Assembly: GCA_018402015.1 (NCBI GenBank)
Contig: JAGYJL010000001.1
Span: 50,166 to 114,165, forward strand
Direction: 5' to 3'
DNA from: Flavobacteriales bacterium
GTDB lineage: Bacteria > Bacteroidota > Bacteroidia > UBA10329
DNA length: 64,000 nucleotides
The position numbers were made by a program, and so were the translations under genes. A model generated the notes under the pieces. The model was given only the letters and a program-made list of their open reading frames with translations. It made no database searches and had not been told where the DNA came from. Below, one piece after another: positions 58,151 through 64,000 of this stretch. The stretch's first letter is position 1. The number at the start of each line of letters is the position of its first letter.

Positions 58151-58509
58151 ATGCACAACGTAGAACAGCTTAGGTCTGGCAACTGGCGATGGAAATCGCT
58201 AGGAAATCCTATGTCGTGACCAGCGATTTTCCTTCGGAGGAGAGATTTGGATTGACTTCTCAAATAAGACGAGCAGCCGTTTCAGTGCATCAAATATTGC
58301 AGAGGTGCTGGAAGAAACTCAGACAAGGAATTTGTTCAGTTTTTAGCAATTGCATATGGCTCTTCGTACGAACTCAAAACACAACTATTCATTTGCGTTG
58401 ACCGGAATTTATCCGCGAAGTAGACGCGACAAGCCTCATTGCCTGATCTTGAAGAAATAAAATGATGCAGGGTCTTCAACAATCCATCAAGAAGCGACTA
58501 GGCTCTTAA
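58151..58509 (+). pseudogene. four-helix-bundle protein (TIGR02436 / '23S rRNA intervening-sequence protein' family), frameshifted
   Basis: Reads [78 protein letters not shown]. The frame is restored by 1-nt homopolymer extensions at 58173, 58288, 58304 and 58404. Confidence 0.75.
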
Positions 58510-58543
58510 CTCAATACTCATATCTCTACTCAATTACTACTTT

Positions 58544-61272
58544 GTGTCTGAAATCTCAAATATTCCCCCATTACAACTCTCCGGCCTCGAACCGCTAACA
58601 ATATTTCCAGGTTCCAATTTTATTAATGTTGGCAGAGGACCAATGTGACAGGCTCGCGGATGTTCCTTCGGCTGATAAAGAGGAAAAGTACGGATGAGGC
58701 TTTGGCCGTTGCCCGAGACAAGTGGAAGGCGGTGCGCAGGTGCTTGATGTGAATATGGATGAAGGCATGATGCGATGGCAAAAGAGGCCATGGGTCAAGT
58801 TCCCTAAACTTATTGGCGGCCGAACCTGATATTTCGCGCATTCCGATCGTGTGATGCGATAGCTCTAAATGGGAGATGCGTCGAAGCAGGATTGCAATGC
58901 GTGCAAGGAAAATCGGTGGTGAACTCCATCAGCCTGAAGAAGGCGAAGCGCAATTCGTATTGACTACGCTAAGAAAATCAAGCGTTATGGTGCAGCCACG
59001 GTTGTTATGGCATTTGATGAGAACGGACAGGCCGACAGCTACGAGCGCAGAATAGAGATGCGCAAACGCTCGTGACGTACTCATCAATAAGGTCGGTTTT
59101 TCCGCCACAGGACATCATTTTCGACCCGAACATATTCCCTGTGGCAACGGGTATGGAAAGGCACAACAATAACGCGCTCGACTTTTTCCGTGCGACCAAA
59201 TGGATAAGGAAAACCTGCCTGGAGCAAAGGTTTCTGGAGGTGTAAGTAACGTTTCGTTCTCGTTCCGAGGAATAACAGTGCGCGAAGCAATGCATTCCCG
59301 GCATTCCTGTATCATGCCATTCAGCATGGAATGGACATGGGAATTGAACCCGACCATGTTGGAGGTTTGATGAGATTCGAAGGAACTGTTGGTGAAAGGT
59401 GGAAGACGTGCTTCTGAACCGCAATGAGAATGCAACGGAAGCCCTTTTGGAGTTGCCCCCGGAAACCTTCGTTGGAACCACCAAAGAAAAGAGTAGAAGA
59501 CCTTGCTTGGCGCGATGCTCCTGTCGAAGAACGTTTATCTCACGCCTTGGTCAAAGGCCTTACCGGTCATCGAAGTGGATGTGGAAGAAGCAAGGCTGAA
59601 AGCCCGAAAAACCGCTTCACGTGATTGAAGGCCCGCTTATGGCTGGCATGAACATCGTTGGCGACCTTTTCCGGGCTGGAAAGATGTTCCTGCCTCAAGT
59701 GGTGAAAGCGCCCGAAGTAATGAAGAAAGCCGTTGCTTATCTCCTGCCGTACATGGAACAGGAAGCAGACGGTTCAGCATCGAAATCACAAGGAAGTTCT
59801 TCTTGCAACGGTTAAAGGTGACGTTCACGACATTGGTAAAAATATCGTTGGGGTGGTTTGGCCTGCAACAATTACCAAGTAATTAACCTTAGCGTAATGG
59901 TTCTACAGAGAGATCGCTAGCAGAAGCAAAAGCACAGAACGTGGATGTGATCGGGCTGGTGGACTGATCGCCCCTTCATTGGACGAATGGTCCATCTCGC
60001 CAAGAGATGGAACACGATGGAGTTCGACATTCCCTTGTTGATCGGTGGAGCGACCACATCACGGGGTTTCACACAGCCGTGAAGATCGAGGAAGTACAAG
60101 CGCGGACAGGCCGTTCACGTGCTGGATGCATCGGAGCCGTGACGGTAGTTGAAAGTCTGCTCGGTAGCCGAAAGAAGGCCTTTAGCAGGCATCAAGAGGA
60201 AGAGTATGCGAACATGCGCGAGATGCATGCCCGCAAACGTGCCGATAAGGAAGTGGTGACACTCGCAGAAGCACGTGCCAACAAGTTCCAAATTGAATGG
60301 AAGCCGAAGACGCCAAACCGAACAAGTTGGGGATTACCGAATTCAAAGATTTCCATAAGCGAATTGATCGGCTTCATTGATTGGACGCCATTTTTTCCAA
60401 ACTTGAACTAGCCGGTCGTTACCCGAAGATGCTTGGAGGACGAAGTGGTTGGTGAAGCAGCCACAAAGTCTTCCCGATGCCCAAGCAATGCTAAAGAGAT
60501 TGTGAATTGAGAAATGGCTTAGCGCCAGTGGCGTTGTCCGGACTTTGGCCTGCGAATGCGTTGGCGATGATGTGGAACTCTACACGGACGAAGCCGCAAA
60601 GAGGTTCTTTCAACCGTTCATTCATTGCGTCAGCAATCCAAAAGCTGACAGCGTGGCCAACTTGGCGCTGAGCGATTTTGTGGCACCAAAGAAACAGGTT
60701 TGCAAGATCGTATGGGTGGATTTGCTGTTACCGCTGGCCCTAGGCATCGAAAGCAAACTGGAGGAATTCATAAAGACCATGACGATTACAGCAACATCAT
60801 GCTCAAAGCCTTGGCCGACCGATTAGCGGAAGCATTCGCGAAAGCTTCACAGCATCGTGCGAAAAAGAAACCTGGGGCTACGAACCGAATGAGACGCTTT
60901 CAAACGGGAGCCTCATCCGCGAAAGTACCGTGGCATCCGTCCAGCACCAGGTTACCCTGCCTGTCCAGACCACAGAAAAACCTGAGCTGTTCAAGCTATT
61001 GAATGCGACTTCCATCACAGGGGATGACCCTTACCCCGAAAGCTTGGCCATGATGCCAGCGGCCTCTGTCTTGGTTGGTATTTCGCCCATCCCCAAAGCA
61101 AATACTTCGGATTGGGTAAGATTGAGAAAGACCAGGTGGAGGATTACCGCAGTAAGGAAAGAAAATGAAAGTAACGGAAATAGAGCGTTGGCTAAGTCCT
61201 AACCTGAATTACGACAGCACCGCTTTCATTCCTCTGATAATTTCAGTAAACAGGATATTTAGTCGTATTTGA
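58544..61272 (+). pseudogene. metH: methionine synthase, pterin-binding, B12-binding and AdoMet-activation modules, heavily frameshifted in this sequence
   Basis: Fragments: [159 protein letters not shown]. The 3' end is uncertain. Confidence 0.85.
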
Positions 61273-61842
61273 TAGTAAGGAGAATTGAAATTTTCCTTCA
61301 CCTGTTTATTGCCTTTGAGCATTACTCGGTATCGAGGCCAACTCCAAACCCTATCCAGTTAGCAAAGAGATAATCTACCGCAATACCCGCTTCCATAGGT
61401 ACTACCAACCCGTTGGCAAACCGATTGTTACTCTCCGATACATAGAAGGACTCGCCTACTCCTATCTGTACCGGAACGGATAACGTCAATCATCACTTCT
61501 CGTAGAAAGCTATAGTCTATGTAGCCAGTAGCCTTAACGCATTTTTGGTTGTGCAGTCAGGTCTGTTTGTCCGTGGTCTGATGGTTTATAAAGTTTCGAA
61601 TCTAGATTGGTAAGCATCCAATAGTAACCTACACCACAACGGATTGGAAACTTGAACTCAAATCCAGCTCTGACACCTAAGAATGTTGCATGATGTGTCT
61701 GAACAAAGGTATTCCGTGTTTCAACCTTTGCTAAGAACTTAATCTTTTCATTCTCCCGTTGTTGAGCGCAAGATGAAGCTATCATCGTACTAAGAGTAGC
61801 GATAACTAGGATCCAGCAACGTATTTGTAAGATGAATTTCAC
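61209..61842 (-). pseudogene. hypothetical exported beta-barrel-like protein with a frameshifted 3' half
   Basis: The clean 102-aa ORF at 61534-61842 has a lipoprotein-like N-terminus (ASSCAQ). Downstream the reading continues in other frames (..GYIDYSF.., ..NGLVVPMEAGIAVDYLFANW.., ..NFNSPYYQIRLNILFTEII..) to a stop at 61209. Confidence 0.5.
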
Positions 61843-61898
61843 GGCAAAAAAAATGTCCTTAATTACTTAAGGACATTTCCTGTTCAAATATTGCATTC

Positions 61899-63692
61899 TC
61901 AGTGAACTTCTTCTTCACCTTCCTTTAGTGGGACCGTTTGTGGAATGAAATCTTCATTTGCCCCAGGCTTACTATAGTCGTATGCCCAACGATACACTGT
62001 TGGAATAGGCCCTTCCCAGTTTCCATGACCTGGATTTACTTCGGTGGTCCACTCCAATGCATTAGAATGCCATGGATTCTTGGTCGCCTTCGTTCCGCGG
62101 AAAATACTGTAGAAGAAATTCACAAAGAAAATAACCTGAGCAATTCCTCCAAGAAAAGCAAACAAACTAATGCTAACATTAATGTCCTGAAGGGCATCAA
62201 ATAGCGGGAATGCTTCGTTGGAGTAGTAACGTCTTGGAACGCCAGAAAGACCTATAAAGTGCATTGGGAAAAAGACCCCGTAAACGGACACAACAGTCAA
62301 CCAGAAGTGAGCATAGCCCATCTTCTTGTTCATCATCTTTCCGTACATTTTTGGGAACCAGTGGTACACTCCAGCGAACATCCCAAAAATTGCTGAAGCA
62401 CCCATTACGATATGGAAGTGAGCAACCACGAAATAGGTATCATGTACGTTAATATCCAAAGCCGAATCGCCCAAGATAATACCAGTAAGACCACCAGTGA
62501 TGAAAGTTGAAACCATACCGATGGCAAACATCATCGCAGGAGAATAAACGATATTCCCTTTCCAAAGAGTAGTTAGATAGTTGAAGACCTTAACTGCTGA
62601 TGGAATTGCGACCAACAATGTTGTGAACGTAAACACAGAACCCAAGAAAGGATTCATACCAGTCACGAACATGTGGTGTCCCCAAACAATGAACGAAAGG
62701 AATGCGATTGCCAACATGGAAAGAACCATTGCCTTGTATCCAAAGATTGGCTTACGACTCATGGTTGAGATGACCTCAGATGTGATACCCAAAGCAGGCA
62801 ACAAAATGATGTAAACTTCTGGGTGACCCAAGAACCAGAAAAGGTGCTCATACAGAATTGGACTTCCTCCTGTGTGCTCTAACGCCTGACCTCCGATGAA
62901 TATATCAGACAGGTAAAAACTCGTCCCGAAACTTCTATCGAAAATGAGAAGTAACGCAGCTGAAAGAAGCACTGGGAACGAAAGAAGACCTAGAATAGCT
63001 GTAATGAAAATAGCCCACATGGTCAGCGGCATGCGATCCATCGACATACCTTTTGTACGAAGATTGATTATCGTAACTATGTAGTTAATCCCACCAAGAA
63101 GTGAAGAAACAATAAATAAAGCGATACTCACCAACCACAAAGTCATACCCAAACCTGAACCAGGAATTGCCTCAGGAAGTGCACTAAGCGGTGGATAAAT
63201 GGTCCATCCTGCAGATGCTGGTCCCGTTTCAATGAACAAGGATCCAACCATTATCACTGATGATGCTAAAAAGAACCAATAAGACAGCATGTTCATAAAA
63301 CCAGACGCCATGTCTCTCGCTCCAACCTGCAATGGAATAAGTAGGTTGGCAAAAGTACCTGTAAGTCCACCCGTCAATACCATGAATACAATAATGGTTC
63401 CGTGAATAGTAACAAGAGCCAAGTACATATTTGGATCAAGGACACCACCTTCGGCCCATTTTCCAAGAACCGTTTCAAGAATTCCGAAAGACTCTCCTGG
63501 CCAACCAAGTTGCAATCGGAATAGCATAGACAATGCCATGCCAATAAAACCCATAATAATAGCAGTTATCAGAAACTGCTTAGAAATCATTTTATGATCC
63601 TGACTGAACACATAGTGCGTCCAAAAATCAGGCTTACCATGATGATGGTGATGTGCGTGGTCTTCGTGTGCTGCGTGATCTGACATCTTCAA
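61899..63692 (-). CDS. ctaD: cytochrome c oxidase subunit I
   Basis: 12-TM heme-copper oxidase core: WFFGHPEVYI-like LFWFLGHPEVYIILLPALG, and HHMFVTG...VVAHFHIVM. His-rich N-terminus. Confidence 0.93.
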   Translation of the reverse strand: MKMSDHAAHEDHAHHHHHGKPDFWTHYVFSQDHKMISKQFLITAIIMGFIGMALSMLFRLQLGWPGESFGILETVLGKWAEGGVLDPNMYLALVTIHGTIIVFMVLTGGLTGTFANLLIPLQVGARDMASGFMNMLSYWFFLASSVIMVGSLFIETGPASAGWTIYPPLSALPEAIPGSGLGMTLWLVSIALFIVSSLLGGINYIVTIINLRTKGMSMDRMPLTMWAIFITAILGLLSFPVLLSAALLLIFDRSFGTSFYLSDIFIGGQALEHTGGSPILYEHLFWFLGHPEVYIILLPALGITSEVISTMSRKPIFGYKAMVLSMLAIAFLSFIVWGHHMFVTGMNPFLGSVFTFTTLLVAIPSAVKVFNYLTTLWKGNIVYSPAMMFAIGMVSTFITGGLTGIILGDSALDINVHDTYFVVAHFHIVMGASAIFGMFAGVYHWFPKMYGKMMNKKMGYAHFWLTVVSVYGVFFPMHFIGLSGVPRRYYSNEAFPLFDALQDINVSISLFAFLGGIAQVIFFVNFFYSIFRGTKATKNPWHSNALEWTTEVNPGHGNWEGPIPTVYRWAYDYSKPGANEDFIPQTVPLKEGEEEVH

Positions 63693-63704
63693 ACTTTATA
63701 AATC

Positions 63705-64000
63705 TTAGTGACCAGCTGGTGCTGTTTCTTCTGTTTCTACAACGGCACCGTCCTCAACTGAAACTTCTTCGGCACCTTCTTCCAATACTTCTGTCTGAAC
63801 AGCCTCAGCAACTTCCACAACAGGAGCTGCTCCCATGCTTTCAGCAAAGGTCTTCTTATCTGCTAGCCAAGCGGCATAGTCCTCTTCAGATTCAACGATT
63901 ATGTTCATCTGCATGTTATAGTGAGCACCACCACAGATCTTGTTGCAAAGCAATAAGTAGTCAAACTCATCATTTCCAGTAATCTGACGCATTTCCTTTG
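63705..64000 (-). CDS. ctaC: cytochrome c oxidase subunit II, C-terminal part (gene runs off the window)
   Basis: CuA site CNKICGGAHYNM (C..C..H..M). The frame stays open to the window end. Confidence 0.8.
   Translation of the reverse strand, partial: KEMRQITGNDEFDYLLLCNKICGGAHYNMQMNIIVESEEDYAAWLADKKTFAESMGAAPVVEVAEAVQTEVLEEGAEEVSVEDGAVVETEETAPAGH

Noticed and set aside
59005-59484. A 159-aa minus-strand ORF, the longest in the disrupted block, plus other antisense ORFs at 58537-58841.
   Set aside because: They are antisense to clearly recognisable MetH pterin-domain sequence and have no motifs of their own.
57112-61272. Programmed ribosomal frameshifting, or a genuinely dead metH.
   Set aside because: There are dozens of frame changes, and neighbouring unrelated genes on both strands are affected too. 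The reconstructed junctions are homopolymer-length changes. Programmed frameshifting is implausible. True decay cannot be excluded without reads, but it is the less parsimonious reading.

Overview
64-kb chromosomal segment from a Bacteroidota genome, probably Flavobacteriia-like. The evidence is T9SS C-terminal sorting domains, CarboxypepD_reg-type TonB-dependent receptors, and TAnnTTTG -7 boxes close to start codons. It is gene dense, with about 55 genes. Housekeeping genes include three-domain ispG, kdsB, hemJ, dusB, a TatD-like hydrolase, type I asparaginase, tRNA-Ser(GGA), exbB-exbD-exbD and cytochrome c oxidase subunits I/II. There is a divergent kynurenine-pathway pair (tryptophan 2,3-dioxygenase and kynurenine 3-monooxygenase). 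Six T9SS cargo proteins are present, including a 1508-aa protein with eight cysteine-rich 'ANDxC' modules. Two paralogous TonB-dependent-receptor plus secreted-hydrolase operons are also present. I saw no rRNA, CRISPR, transposase, integrase or recognisable defence system, and I cannot point to an unambiguous new multi-gene system. Three things deserve a second look. (1) At the left edge, a 650-bp non-coding gap holds 7-9 copies of a 14-nt palindrome spaced exactly 42 bp apart. It lies between a RelE/ParE toxin-antitoxin pair and a GC-rich orphan gene, and it resembles a centromere, iteron or operator array. (2) In a 5.8-kb block (about 55.76-61.54 kb), every gene on both strands is broken by frequent 1-nt indels, mostly homopolymer-length changes. 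The block contains an EEP hydrolase 3' end, a DUF1571-like gene, a SAM-I riboswitch, B12-dependent metH, a four-helix-bundle gene lodged at the metH interdomain linker, and a beta-barrel gene 3' end. This looks like a sequence-quality artefact rather than biology, but it must be resolved before metH is called dead. (3) A minus-strand island of secreted proteins (6.5-17.8 kb) includes a protein built from six copies of a 15-aa FxSxAEKxAWIKANP motif.
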